From NCBI GenBank assembly GCA_028408915.1, contig JAOOLS010000001.1, forward strand, positions 1-44,084: a stretch of DNA of 44,084 nt, read 5' to 3'. The stretch is from Prochlorococcus sp. AH-716-J09. GTDB lineage: Bacteria; Cyanobacteriota; Cyanobacteriia; PCC-6307; Cyanobiaceae. A program made the position numbers and the translations under genes. The notes under the pieces were generated by a model. That model was not told the origin of the DNA. It saw only the letters and a list, made by a program, of their open reading frames with translations, and did no database searches. Shown here piece by piece: positions 1 through 9,811 of the stretch; within the stretch, counting starts at the first letter, position 1; each line of letters begins with the position of its first letter.

Positions 1-81
1 ATGTGTAGTTATCCAATCTAATTCAGAAAAAGTGATAATTCCCGTCAAATTACTTTTTAAAAAAAGTGTTCCAATTTCCAT
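1..81 (-). CDS. Partial (5' end) small hypothetical protein MEIGTLFLKSNLTGIITFSELDWITTH..., runs off the window start
   Basis: Manual translation: open frame from ATG at 81 to position 1; resembles small conserved picocyanobacterial proteins. Confidence 0.6.
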   Translation of the reverse strand, partial: MEIGTLFLKSNLTGIITFSELDWITTH

Positions 82-186
82 TAGATAAATCTAATTTTTT
101 TTAAGTTAACATCCGTACTTAATATTTCTCCATAACATAATATTCTTTTAATTTTTCAAAGATAACTTTAGGTTACTACTCTTAAT

Positions 187-1677
187 TTATTGAATATCTC
201 TTAAAAATTTATCAGCCGTTTTTAAGTGATTATTTAATTTTTCCTCTGACATTTTATCGAGATTTCTCGTTAACATTGCCAGACGATATTGCTTTCTAAA
301 AAAGCTTTCATTATCTTTAATAAATTTCCAAAATAAGCCATCCCATATTTCACACCATGGGCCACTTTTAAAATTAGACATTTTTTTTACATAATTAGAG
401 CTTGATATATATGGTTTTGTTGAAAAGATACCGCCATCACTAAACTGACTCATTCCATAAACATTTGGGACCATAACCCAATCATAGGAATCAATAAACA
501 TTTCCATAAACCATTTATAAACCTGGTTGGGGTGAATTCTACATAGAAGCATAAAGTTGCCAATAATCATTAGCCGCTCAATATGATGACAATAACCAAA
601 TTTAATAATATTTTTTATAACAACATCTACTGGTTCAATTCCTGTATTTCCTTGATAAAAAGATTTTGGAATTGGCTTATCTTCAAAATTCCAAAAATTA
701 CTATTTCGCATCTTTGTTCCGTACTTTTTATAGACGAGGCAAATAAATTCTCTCCATCCAATAATTTGACGAATAAAACCCTCTAAAGAGTTAATAGGAA
801 CATTATTATTTTTTGCAAAAAGTAATGCTTTATTTACTACTACATCTGGGGTTAATAAGCCGCTATTTAAAAGAGGAGAAAGTAAACTATGCCATAAAAA
901 AGAATTTTCTTTAGAAATAGCATCCTCATAATCTCCAAATAAGAAAAATCTATGTTTAAAAAAATCATTTAACCATTCATCTGCCTCTTTAAAATTAGTT
1001 GGATATAAAAAGTTATTACTTTCTCCAATAAACTTAATATCAAAATTGGATAATGACCTTTCTGCATTAACTACAAATTTATTTTTTTGTAATTTAGGTG
1101 TATCGGGTATATTTATTTTTTTTGGTAATTTTTTTCTGTTCATTTCATCGAAACTCCATTTACCACCTTCGGGTGTATCATCAGGATTAACTAATATCTT
1201 TTGGCTCTTTCTTTGATTCTCGTAAAATCTCCCCATAAGAGGTTTTTTTGCATTTGATACAAATAAATCTCTTAAATCTTCACTACTCATAAACATAGGA
1301 GAAGGCAAAATATTTAAAGCTAAATTATTACTTTCAACAAAATAATTAATCCTCTTCATTATTAAAAAATCATGAGGGTCAATGAGATTTATTTTCTGAT
1401 ATTTATCTTTAATAAATTCCGATAAGTAATCAACTGTAGAAACATTATTCTTGTTTTCGATATATAAAACTTTAAAGCCAGATATTTCTAAATAATTTTT
1501 ATAAGCGAGCATAGATGCTCTATGAAAAACTAACTTATTTTTATGGTTAATTAATTTATGAAATTTATCATTTCCAAAAAATAATGAGTCTTCCAAAATC
1601 AAAACATCACAATTTATTTTTAAGATTGGGCTTTCTCTAAAAAGTTGATTCGGGAAAATAATTGATACTTGTTTCAT
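187..1677 (-). CDS. Cryptochrome/photolyase family protein, PhrB/CryPro-type bacterial (6-4) photolyase, apparently without an Fe-S cluster
   Basis: Motifs [67 protein letters not shown]-like [18 protein letters not shown]. Confidence 0.9.
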   Translation of the reverse strand: MKQVSIIFPNQLFRESPILKINCDVLILEDSLFFGNDKFHKLINHKNKLVFHRASMLAYKNYLEISGFKVLYIENKNNVSTVDYLSEFIKDKYQKINLIDPHDFLIMKRINYFVESNNLALNILPSPMFMSSEDLRDLFVSNAKKPLMGRFYENQRKSQKILVNPDDTPEGGKWSFDEMNRKKLPKKINIPDTPKLQKNKFVVNAERSLSNFDIKFIGESNNFLYPTNFKEADEWLNDFFKHRFFLFGDYEDAISKENSFLWHSLLSPLLNSGLLTPDVVVNKALLFAKNNNVPINSLEGFIRQIIGWREFICLVYKKYGTKMRNSNFWNFEDKPIPKSFYQGNTGIEPVDVVIKNIIKFGYCHHIERLMIIGNFMLLCRIHPNQVYKWFMEMFIDSYDWVMVPNVYGMSQFSDGGIFSTKPYISSSNYVKKMSNFKSGPWCEIWDGLFWKFIKDNESFFRKQYRLAMLTRNLDKMSEEKLNNHLKTADKFLRDIQ

Positions 1678-1805
1678 CTTTGCGACTTTCTGTTACTGCA
1701 TCTTTTTGAACAGTAGATAACATCATCCCAACAGTTTTTCCATTTTTTACGCCACTCAAACGGCCTATTGCAAACAGGACAAGTTTTAGTAGAAAGATTT
1801 TTCAA
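1674..1805 (-). CDS. DUF2256-family small Cys-rich protein (43 aa, [43 protein letters not shown]), missing from the ORF track
   Basis: TTG start at 1805; CxxC-RPF-WRKKW-W-YCSxRC signature; TGA stop overlaps the photolyase ATG (ATGA). Confidence 0.88.
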   Translation of the reverse strand: MKNLSTKTCPVCNRPFEWRKKWKNCWDDVIYCSKRCSNRKSQR

Positions 1806-1808
1806 AAT

Positions 1809-2045
1809 TTATAATTTTCTTTTATGAGTAGATTTAAATCTAGTTGAATCTTTAAGGGCCATATGTTTTGTATTTCTTCCCGAAACTCTCTTTCTCCAGA
1901 CTTTGAAGGATTTGGGTTTAAGATTTTGACGCATAATTTTTATCGCATCTTCCTCTTTTAAACCAAATTGATACTCGATAGCTTCAAAGGGTGTTCTATC
2001 TTCCCAACACATTTCTATTATCCTGTCTATATCGATACTTTCCAT
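1809..2045 (-). CDS. TIGR03643/DUF2805-family protein
   Basis: DRIIEMxWEDRTPFEAI...SFKxWRKRVSGR signature; typical neighbour of photolyase-related genes. Confidence 0.8.
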   Translation of the reverse strand: MESIDIDRIIEMCWEDRTPFEAIEYQFGLKEEDAIKIMRQNLKPKSFKVWRKRVSGRNTKHMALKDSTRFKSTHKRKL

Positions 2046-2047
2046 AT

Positions 2048-2452
2048 TTATTGTTCACATTGTGAGGTGCAAAGTTTTTCAATATCGGATCTACCTGTAA
2101 TTTGAAGTCTATATTTTGCCCAATATCTGTAAACCAATCTCAATAATGGAGATAAGAGCTTAATCTTCAAGGGATAATAAACCCAACCTAAACCAACTAA
2201 TTCATAGGAATATGCAAGTACATCTAGCCCCCTAATAATTTCACCATTTTCAATAATCCCATGCAGGTTTGACATAGCTTCTGAATATGAGATGTCATTA
2301 AAAAGACTTCGATCATAATCCTTACTATTAATATCTATAAATGTAATCTGATTTAAGGTATCTCTTTTTTTAAGGAAATTTGTTTCTCTCAAACAAAGTG
2401 GACAACCACCATCGAATAAAAAGGTTAATTTATTTTTCATATTTTTATTCAA
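2048..2452 (-). CDS. DCC1-like/DUF393 thiol-disulfide oxidoreductase
   Basis: N-terminal FDGGCPLC motif; true start may be the second Met. Confidence 0.85.
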   Translation of the reverse strand: MNKNMKNKLTFLFDGGCPLCLRETNFLKKRDTLNQITFIDINSKDYDRSLFNDISYSEAMSNLHGIIENGEIIRGLDVLAYSYELVGLGWVYYPLKIKLLSPLLRLVYRYWAKYRLQITGRSDIEKLCTSQCEQ

Positions 2453-2570
2453 ATATAGAAATTAAATAACTTTTTTGTGGAATAAAAAATTTTTTTTAGA
2501 ATATAAGCTTTATAAAGCCTTAATAATTGCCAGTTCTAATTTAGTGAAATTATATTATCTTATTAATTAA

Positions 2571-2604
2571 TAAGCCATTGATTAAGGGATACATCAATGG
2601 TTTA
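2571..2604. terminator. Intergenic stem-loop (12-bp arms), possible terminator or processing hairpin
   Basis: TAAGCCATTGAT-N10-ATCAATGGTTTA just downstream of the 2618-2821 gene. Confidence 0.35.
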
Positions 2605-2617
2605 AAACTATTTATTA

Positions 2618-2821
2618 TCAGTCATCTAGAAGATGAACTCCTTCTCCTACGTCAGGAGTAAATTTACAATATTTTTCAAAAATAAGTCCAACACCTCTCA
2701 TTTTTTCTCCTAATTCATCGTTAAATTTATTCCATTCTTCCGATTCACGATCAGGTAAATCCCACCCTTGTTTTTCTACCATACTTGTTATTACTGTATA
2801 GTCCCATTCTATGTATGCCAT
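2618..2821 (-). CDS. Hypothetical protein
   Basis: 67-aa ORF with ATG start and protein-like composition, fills an intergenic gap. Confidence 0.65.
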   Translation of the reverse strand: MAYIEWDYTVITSMVEKQGWDLPDRESEEWNKFNDELGEKMRGVGLIFEKYCKFTPDVGEGVHLLDD

Positions 2822-2918
2822 TGAGTTAATTTAAACTACCAAAATATTATAAACCAAGAGATTTAATAGGTAATCAATATTTTTTGAATATAATTTTAAA
2901 AGTGTGAAAAAATTATAA

Positions 2919-3590
2919 ATGTCAATTTTGCCAAGAAGATTTGATCGAATCAAAAGTGTTTTAGATTGCAGAATGAAAAACTTGACTGTTTTAGTTGAGG
3001 ATGTCAATAAACCACATAATTTATCTGCGATATTAAGGACATGTGATGCAGCAGGCGTTTTCGAAGCAAATTTTATTAGCAAAACTAATGCCGTTAAGAC
3101 TTTTAATAGTACTGCTCAAGGAAGTCAAAAATGGGTAAAACTGAATAATCATGAAAACACTACCACGGCAATATCTGATTTGAAGAATAAGGGTTTTAAA
3201 TTATATGGAACGACTCTTAATAGTGAATCAGTAGATTATAGAAATTTTGATTATTCTCAAAATACATGTTTTGTTTTAGGAGCAGAAAAATGGGGACTAA
3301 GTAATGAACTTATATCAATGGTTGATCAATCAATTTTTATACCTATGAGAGGTATGGTTCAATCTCTGAATGTTTCTGTTGCTGCTTCTATATTATTATT
3401 TGAAGCTGTTCGCCAAAGAAAAAATAAAGGTATATTGCCCGCTAATGGAGAAGGGTTAAATATGGATGAATATCAAAAAACACTTTTTGAATGGTGTTAC
3501 CCAGAATTAGCTGCGGTGTATAAAAAATCAGCTAAAGAATATCCAAAGTTGAATGATCAAGGAGAACTTGATCCTATTACAGATAACTAA
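2919..3590 (+). CDS. trmH: tRNA (guanosine(18)-2'-O)-methyltransferase, SPOUT family
   Basis: KPHNLSAILRTCDA, LGAEKWG, IPMRGMVQSLNVSVAA. Confidence 0.92.
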   Translation: MSILPRRFDRIKSVLDCRMKNLTVLVEDVNKPHNLSAILRTCDAAGVFEANFISKTNAVKTFNSTAQGSQKWVKLNNHENTTTAISDLKNKGFKLYGTTLNSESVDYRNFDYSQNTCFVLGAEKWGLSNELISMVDQSIFIPMRGMVQSLNVSVAASILLFEAVRQRKNKGILPANGEGLNMDEYQKTLFEWCYPELAAVYKKSAKEYPKLNDQGELDPITDN

Positions 3591-3592
3591 AT

Positions 3593-4438
3593 TTATTCAG
3601 AATTTTGATTATCAAAAATCTCTTCAAGGTCCTCACCTATAAAAGAAAGACCTAAAACTAAAAAAAACATTGCCAAACCTGGGAACAAAGCCGTCCACCA
3701 GATACCTGTAGGTAAAGCCGCAAGAGCCAGATTTAAATCACTTCCCCACTCTGGGACATCTGCAGGAACGCCAAGACCTAAAAATCCTAAACTTCCTAAT
3801 ACCAAAACAGCATCTGCAGCATTTAGGGTAAGCAGAATAGGCAATGGTGTTATTACATTTGGGAGAATATATTTAAAAATAATTTTTTTAACATCAGCTC
3901 CTGCAACTTGAGCTGCCTCCACATAAGTTTCGGATTTAACCAATATTGTCTGATTTCTGATTAATCTAAAATATTGAGGAGAGTAAACGATACACAATGC
4001 CAAAGCCGCGTTAAGGATACCCTTACCCAATACAAAAGCCACAACAACTGAAAGCAAAATTACAGGTATTGAAAAAATAGTATCCATTATTAGTGATAAG
4101 CATTTATCAAAAAAACCACCAAAATATCCACTTAATAATCCCAATGGCAAACCCAAACTTAATGAAAAAAGAATAGCTAAGAATACAACTTCTATCGCTA
4201 ATGATGATGCTTGCAGAGTTCTTAAGCAAACATCTCTTCCTAATCTATCTGTGCCACAAAAATGATTAAGAGAAGGAGGGGCAAAGATATCATTGCTTAA
4301 CATTGAAAATGAATAGCCAAAAAAATTATTGGCCTCTAAAAATTTCATTATTAAAACAACAAGAAGATAAAAGAGTACAATTAAAAATCCAGCTTTTCTG
4401 ATATTTGCGCCGACACGATTAAATGAGTTAATATCCAA
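3593..4438 (-). CDS. Peptide/nickel ABC transporter permease (DppC/OppC-like)
   Basis: HFCGTDRLGRD, EAA loop YVEAAQVAGA, SLGFLGLGVPxxxPEWG. Confidence 0.88.
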   Translation of the reverse strand: MDINSFNRVGANIRKAGFLIVLFYLLVVLIMKFLEANNFFGYSFSMLSNDIFAPPSLNHFCGTDRLGRDVCLRTLQASSLAIEVVFLAILFSLSLGLPLGLLSGYFGGFFDKCLSLIMDTIFSIPVILLSVVVAFVLGKGILNAALALCIVYSPQYFRLIRNQTILVKSETYVEAAQVAGADVKKIIFKYILPNVITPLPILLTLNAADAVLVLGSLGFLGLGVPADVPEWGSDLNLALAALPTGIWWTALFPGLAMFFLVLGLSFIGEDLEEIFDNQNSE

Positions 4439-4517
4439 AATCTTTTTTTAAAGATATAAATGAAATATACCCAATTCTTTTAAAAATAAATAGCTATAAA
4501 TTTTAAATTAAAAGAAA

Positions 4518-6326
4518 TTACTGGTTTAATTTCAAGACTGCCATAAAAGCTTCCTGAGGGACGTCAACTTTACCCATTGCCTTCATCCTCTTTTTACCTT
4601 TGGCTTGTTTCTTTAAAAGTTTCTTTTTCCTAGAAATATCCCCTCCATAACATTTAGATAAAACATCTTTTCGCAAAGCACTTATGCTTTCACTTGCAAT
4701 AATCCTGCTACCGATTGATGCTTGAATAGGTATTTTGAATTGTTGTTTTGGAATAAGTTCTTTTAATTTCTCAACTAAACTTCTGCCAATTCCATAAGCC
4801 TTATCTTTATGAACAATAGAAGTTAATGGATCTGCTCTTTCTGAATTTATTAGAACATCTAATCTAACAAGGTCATTTTTTCTATAGCCAATCAAATGAT
4901 ATTCCATTGATGCATAACCTTGGGTTCTACTTTTCATTTGATCAAAGAAATCTGTTACAACTTCTGCTAATGGAATTTCATAAATCAAGGTAACTCGATC
5001 TGTTGTTATGTATTTCATGTCTATAAATACTCCCCTTCTTTCCTGACATAAACCCATTAATGTTCCATTAAATTCATTGGGAGCATAAATTTCCATTTTC
5101 ACATAAGGCTCTTCTATTGATTCTCTGAGTTGTGGATCAGGAATTGTAGAAGGATTATCAATAAAGATATGTTCCTGCTGATTTAAATTAACTTTATAAA
5201 TAACTGATGGTGCCGTTACGATTAGATCCAAGTCATATTCTCTTTCTAATCTTTCTTGAACAATCTCCATATGAAGAAGTCCTAGGAATCCGCACCTAAA
5301 TCCGAAGCCCATTGCGCTACTGGTTTCGGGCTCATATTTTAAAGCTGCATCAGATAATTGTAATTTTTCTAGTGAAACTCTCAAATCTGGGAATTGATCA
5401 GCATCAGTCGGGAATAAGCCACAAAAAACCATAGGATTTGCTGTCTTATATCCAGGCAAAGGATCATTGGCAGGTGAATTTAAAAGAGTAATCGTATCTC
5501 CCACTCTCGCATCAGCAACTGATTTTATAGAAGCAGCTAAATAACCAACTTCTCCTGCATGTAATTCATCAACTTGTTGCTGATCAGGCGCCATTATTCC
5601 TATCTCATCTAGTTCATAATTTTTCTTACTTGCCATTAATAATATTTTTTCTCTCTTATTTAGAGACCCAGATATCACCCTGAAATAAACAATAACGCCC
5701 CTGTACGGATCATAATAAGAATCAAAAATCAGTGCCTTGGTAGGTAGTTTAATTTCATCTTGAGGAGGGGGTACTCTTCTTACGATTGCTTCTAAAATAT
5801 CTTTAATACCAACTCCAGTTTTTGCTGAACAATTTATTGCATTAGATGTATCAAGTCCAATAATTTCCTCTATTTCTTGTTTTATTTTTTCAGCATCAGC
5901 CCCTGGTAAATCAACTTTATTTAAAACAGGAATTATTTCAAGATTATTTTCTAAGGCAAGATAAACGTTAGCTAAGGTTTGAGCTTCTACTCCTTGGCTT
6001 GCATCAACAACAAGTAAGGCGCCTTCACAAGCTTGAAGAGATCTACTAACCTCATAAGAGAAATCAACATGCCCTGGAGTATCTATTAAGTTCAAAACAT
6101 ATTCTTGGGAATCGTCAGCTTTATATTTCATCCTAGCGGCCTGTAACTTGATAGTAATTCCTCTCTCTCTTTCAAGATCCATACTGTCCAAAAATTGTTC
6201 TTGCATATCCCTCTGCTGCACAGTACCAGTATCTTGAAGTAACCTATCTGCAAGGGTAGATTTGCCATGGTCAATATGAGCGATTATGCAGAAATTTCTA
6301 ATTTTTGAAACCGATATATCAGTCAT
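4518..6326 (-). CDS. lepA: Translation elongation factor 4
   Basis: [53 protein letters not shown]. Confidence 0.98.
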   Translation of the reverse strand: MTDISVSKIRNFCIIAHIDHGKSTLADRLLQDTGTVQQRDMQEQFLDSMDLERERGITIKLQAARMKYKADDSQEYVLNLIDTPGHVDFSYEVSRSLQACEGALLVVDASQGVEAQTLANVYLALENNLEIIPVLNKVDLPGADAEKIKQEIEEIIGLDTSNAINCSAKTGVGIKDILEAIVRRVPPPQDEIKLPTKALIFDSYYDPYRGVIVYFRVISGSLNKREKILLMASKKNYELDEIGIMAPDQQQVDELHAGEVGYLAASIKSVADARVGDTITLLNSPANDPLPGYKTANPMVFCGLFPTDADQFPDLRVSLEKLQLSDAALKYEPETSSAMGFGFRCGFLGLLHMEIVQERLEREYDLDLIVTAPSVIYKVNLNQQEHIFIDNPSTIPDPQLRESIEEPYVKMEIYAPNEFNGTLMGLCQERRGVFIDMKYITTDRVTLIYEIPLAEVVTDFFDQMKSRTQGYASMEYHLIGYRKNDLVRLDVLINSERADPLTSIVHKDKAYGIGRSLVEKLKELIPKQQFKIPIQASIGSRIIASESISALRKDVLSKCYGGDISRKKKLLKKQAKGKKRMKAMGKVDVPQEAFMAVLKLNQ

Positions 6327-6381
6327 ATAGAAAGAAAAATTCTCCTCTTATTACATCTTGACTAATATTAGCTAATTAGAA

Positions 6382-7878
6382 TTATGGATGGAAACCAAAA
6401 ATGGAATTATTTCTTTTTTTAATTTCTTTTATGAATGTACTGTAATTTTCAGAGACTGATAGTTCTGGATGAATTAAGTCATTTATTTTTTTCTGACGAT
6501 TATGCTTATTGTTTAAAAATAAAACAGATTTTTCTAGAACCTCAACCATAATTGAAACCGCAGTACTTGCTCCCGGAGATGCTCCCAACAAAGCAGATAA
6601 TGATCCATCAGATGAATTTACAATCTCAGTTCCAAATTTCAAAGAACCACCACCTTCAGTTTTTTTAATTATTTGGACTCTTTGACCAGCATTCTTTAAA
6701 TACCAATCAGAAGGATTAGCTGATGGCATCATATTCTTTAAATTCTCAACTCTTGAGTTATGGTTCTTTAATGATTGTGATATTAGGTAATTAATTAAAT
6801 CGTTGTTCTTAAAACCAACGTCTAACATAGAAAAAATATTATTCTTTTTAATTGAACTAAATAAGTCAAAGTATGAACTTTGTTTTAGAAATTTCGTAGT
6901 AAATCCAGCAAAAGGTCCATATAAAAGAAGTTTTTTATTATCAATCCATCTGGTGTCTAAATGAGGCACAGACATTGGGGGCGATCCAATATCAGCTTTA
7001 CCATAAACTTTTGAATTATGTTTTTCTGTTAGATCTTTTTTCTCGCAAATAAGCCATTTCCCACTAACAGGAAATCCACCATAACTTTTTGCTTCTGGAA
7101 TTTTTGATTTCTGTAAATAATTAATTGTTTTTCCACCAGCACCAAGAAAAACGTAGCCAGTTCTAATTGAAGTTTTTCTACCTTCAGAATTGATTTCTAG
7201 TTCCCATTGTTTTTTATCAATTTTCTTTAAATCTACTAATTCTGTTTTGTATCTAATTTCAACATTTTTGTTTAAGGAAACTAATGACAAATACTCTTTA
7301 GTTAAAGCCTCAAAATTAATATCAGTTCCTCTACCTATTCTGGTAGCAGCAATTTGAGTAGATGGATTTCTATCTTTTGTTATTAGAGGAGCCCATGATG
7401 AAATTTCATCAAAAGATGTAGAAAATTCCATATCGATAAATTCAGGATTTTCGGTCATTTTCTGAAATCTTTTTTTTAAAAAAGAAATATTATCCTGACC
7501 AGAAACAAAGCTAATATGAGGAATAAATTTTAGAAACTTCTTAATATCAATTTTCCCTGCTTCATACAATGAGGCCCATAAAGACATGGATGTTTCAAAA
7601 GAACGATTTATTGAGAGCGCTTTATCTATTATTAGATTTCCTTTTTCATCTAAAGGGGTATAGTTTAATTCGCAATTAGCCGCATGTCCAGTACCTGCAT
7701 TATTAAAAGCGCCAGTACTTTCACTTCCTGGAGCATTTAATTTTTCTATAATAAGAAATTTTATATCTGGTAAAACTTCTGAAATTAAAAGGGCTAAAGT
7801 GCTACTCATTATCCCTGCTCCTACTAAGACTGCATCAAAGTAGTTATTGTCATTAGTGGGATTTTTAGATGAAGTCAC
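6382..7878 (-). CDS. mqo: Malate:quinone oxidoreductase
   Basis: [45 protein letters not shown]. Confidence 0.95.
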   Translation of the reverse strand: MTSSKNPTNDNNYFDAVLVGAGIMSSTLALLISEVLPDIKFLIIEKLNAPGSESTGAFNNAGTGHAANCELNYTPLDEKGNLIIDKALSINRSFETSMSLWASLYEAGKIDIKKFLKFIPHISFVSGQDNISFLKKRFQKMTENPEFIDMEFSTSFDEISSWAPLITKDRNPSTQIAATRIGRGTDINFEALTKEYLSLVSLNKNVEIRYKTELVDLKKIDKKQWELEINSEGRKTSIRTGYVFLGAGGKTINYLQKSKIPEAKSYGGFPVSGKWLICEKKDLTEKHNSKVYGKADIGSPPMSVPHLDTRWIDNKKLLLYGPFAGFTTKFLKQSSYFDLFSSIKKNNIFSMLDVGFKNNDLINYLISQSLKNHNSRVENLKNMMPSANPSDWYLKNAGQRVQIIKKTEGGGSLKFGTEIVNSSDGSLSALLGASPGASTAVSIMVEVLEKSVLFLNNKHNRQKKINDLIHPELSVSENYSTFIKEIKKRNNSIFGFHP

Positions 7879-7948
7879 AACAGAAAATTATCTTTTTTGC
7901 AATTAATCAGATTTCTTTCTAGGCTTATTATAAAGTTAATCCAAAATT

Positions 7949-8194
7949 ATGAGTACTGAAACACTCTCGCTGACAAACGAAAATGTAGAAAAAGTCCTTG
8001 ACGAGCTAAGACCTTTTTTAATTTCTGATGGAGGTAATGTAGAGATTGCAGAAATAGATGGTCCAATTGTCAAAGTCAGACTTCAAGGAGCATGTGGTAG
8101 TTGCCCAAGTAGCACTATGACTCTCAAAATGGGTATTGAAAGAAAGTTAAAAGAAATGATTCCTGAAATAAGCGAAGTTGTACAGGTTTTATAA
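7949..8194 (+). CDS. nfuA: NifU-like Fe-S scaffold/carrier (Nfu domain)
   Basis: [13 protein letters not shown]...[20 protein letters not shown]. Confidence 0.92.
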   Translation: MSTETLSLTNENVEKVLDELRPFLISDGGNVEIAEIDGPIVKVRLQGACGSCPSSTMTLKMGIERKLKEMIPEISEVVQVL

Positions 8195-8216
8195 AAATTT
8201 TTAACTGAAATAAATA

Positions 8217-8474
8217 TTATTTAGTTTTTAATTCCTTCAACAATGATGATTCCATATCAAGACAATCAATTGGAAGTCCTTGACCAATAGCTATTAAAAG
8301 AGGTGCAAGAATTCCTAAAGTAAAAACTAAATTTGATTGGCTTACATCATATTTACTCAAAGTAAAAGTTATCAAATAAATAATTGAAAAATAAGCATGT
8401 AGTGAAAAAAATTCTTTTGGCTTTAACACTGGCCACCTTAAAGTATTTCCCAAGAAATATAAAAAACCTGTCAT
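8217..8474 (-). CDS. Small hypothetical membrane protein
   Basis: Two hydrophobic segments; convergent with nfuA. Confidence 0.7.
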   Translation of the reverse strand: MTGFLYFLGNTLRWPVLKPKEFFSLHAYFSIIYLITFTLSKYDVSQSNLVFTLGILAPLLIAIGQGLPIDCLDMESSLLKELKTK

Positions 8475-8624
8475 AAATAAATAGTTACATGAAGATTAAA
8501 CCAAATATAAACATAAACCTTTTTGGAGACTATTTATAAAAAAATTTACCTAAGATAATAATTAAAAAATCATTAAATCTTCGTTTCTATTTGTAAAAGC
8601 TAGACATGCAGCTAGAAATACGCT

Positions 8625-8650
8625 TATAATTATTTGGTAGCAATCGCTAC
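8625..8650 (+). promoter_or_regulatory. -10 box (TATAAT, 8625-8630) followed by an NtcA-type site GTA-N8-TAC (8637-8650) over the predicted start site
   Basis: TATAAT-N6-GTAGCAATCGCTAC read directly; matches the NtcA consensus GTAN8TAC. Confidence 0.65.
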
Positions 8651-8654
8651 TTTT

Positions 8655-8706
8655 TCGTTCACCCTCATTTGAGGGCGCAGTTCGAGTCATACCATGGAAC
8701 GGGGGA
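8655..8706 (+). ncRNA. Downstream-peptide (glutamine-II) riboswitch
   Basis: CGTTCA-CCCTC-ATTT-GAGGG-CGCA...GA...CCATGGAACGGGG with terminal CGTTC/GAACG pairing, located 5' of a DUF4278 gene. Confidence 0.85.
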
Positions 8707-8729
8707 TGGCCGTGTTGTCACATCGAAAC

Positions 8730-8903
8730 ATGACTACTTTAACTTACAGAGGTAAAAACTACGTTCAAAACAAAGAAGCTGCTAAAAAGCAACTTGTTGA
8801 ACTTACCTACAGAAGAAACGTATACACCAACAGAATGGATGACGCTTCTTCAAGTAATGAAAAAGCAGAATTAAATTACAGAGGTGTCAATTACACTAAA
8901 TAA
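8730..8903 (+). CDS. DUF4278-family small protein (57 aa, three LxYRG/R repeats)
   Basis: MTTLTYRGKNY...LTYRRNVY...LNYRGVNYTK; start moved to ATG 8730 because the ORF-track start lies inside the riboswitch. Confidence 0.85.
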   Translation: MTTLTYRGKNYVQNKEAAKKQLVELTYRRNVYTNRMDDASSSNEKAELNYRGVNYTK

Positions 8904-8920
8904 TTTAATTAAACAAATTA

Positions 8921-8949
8921 AAAGCCCCTTTTTCAGGGGCTTTTTTTTT
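8921..8949 (+). terminator. Rho-independent terminator
   Basis: AAAGCCCCT-TTTTC-AGGGGCTTT followed by a T-run. Confidence 0.85.
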
Positions 8950-8980
8950 GGCTATATTTATTAATAGTAATTTAAATAAT

Positions 8981-9775
8981 GTGTCTAAAAGTTGCTGTAA
9001 TACAAACACATCGAATAAAGCATCTAATCAATTCGATCATAAAGATGCGATTCAAGAAAGATATGGCTCAGCCGCACAAGAAAAAGAAAGTTGTCTTTGT
9101 ACACCAGTTGGATTCAATCCCGTTTTACTTGAAGCAATTCCCCAAGAGGTTATAGAAAGAGACTATGGGTGTGGTGATCCAACAAAATATGTTAAAAAAA
9201 ATGATATAGTCTTAGACCTTGGAAGTGGTAGCGGCAAAAATGCTTTCATTTGTGCCCAAATTGTTGGGAAAGAAGGGAAAGTTATTGGAGTTGATCAGAA
9301 TCCTGACATGCTTTCTTTATCAAGATCAGCCTCTAAAGAAGTTTCAAAAAATATAGGTTTCAAGAATACACAATTTTTAGAAGGTTCAATTGAAAAACTT
9401 GATGAATTAGATAAAGATTTAAATCCATTAATCGCAGATAAATCAGTTGATATTATTTTAAGTAATTGCGTTTTAAACTTGGTAAGTCCCGAATCTAGAA
9501 ATAACCTTCTAAATAACATAAAAAGAGTTTTAAAGGATAATGGAAGAATTGCAATTAGCGATATCGTCTCTAACAAAAAAGTTCCTTTAAGATTGCAAAA
9601 TGATCACGATTTATGGACAGGATGTATTAGTGGAGCATGGTATGAGCCAGAGTTTATAAGTGATTTTAAAGAACTAGGATTTAAAAATTTAAAATTTGCA
9701 GAAAGGAGTGCTGAACCTTGGAAAGTAATTGAGGATATTGAATTTAGAACAGTAACTTTAGTGGGCAATATTTAA
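8981..9775 (+). CDS. arsM: SAM-dependent methyltransferase, arsenite methyltransferase (ArsM/AS3MT)-like
   Basis: CLC, YGCGDP, VLDLGSGSG, SNCVLNL and WTGCISGA match the ArsM cysteine pattern; GTG 8981 preferred because TTG 8948 lies in the terminator. Confidence 0.72.
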   Translation: MSKSCCNTNTSNKASNQFDHKDAIQERYGSAAQEKESCLCTPVGFNPVLLEAIPQEVIERDYGCGDPTKYVKKNDIVLDLGSGSGKNAFICAQIVGKEGKVIGVDQNPDMLSLSRSASKEVSKNIGFKNTQFLEGSIEKLDELDKDLNPLIADKSVDIILSNCVLNLVSPESRNNLLNNIKRVLKDNGRIAISDIVSNKKVPLRLQNDHDLWTGCISGAWYEPEFISDFKELGFKNLKFAERSAEPWKVIEDIEFRTVTLVGNI

Positions 9776-9811
9776 AAAAATACAAGAGTTGCAAATATAA
9801 TATAAATTTCC

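Noticed and set aside
583-786. Short antisense or overlapping ORFs in the track (583, 2831, 9295, 9976, 13168, 15015, 15893, 16542, 17889, 19069, 19720, 20541, 22235, 24368, 25071, 28448, 32991, 33402, 35691, 36021, 37683, 38150, 41468, 43823)
   Set aside because: They lie within or opposite well-supported genes and have no recognisable motifs; they are shadow ORFs
8694-8729. N-terminal extension MERGMAVLSHRN of the DUF4278 ORF
   Set aside because: This ATG is part of the conserved riboswitch sequence CCATGGAACGGGG; ATG 8730 begins the recognisable domain
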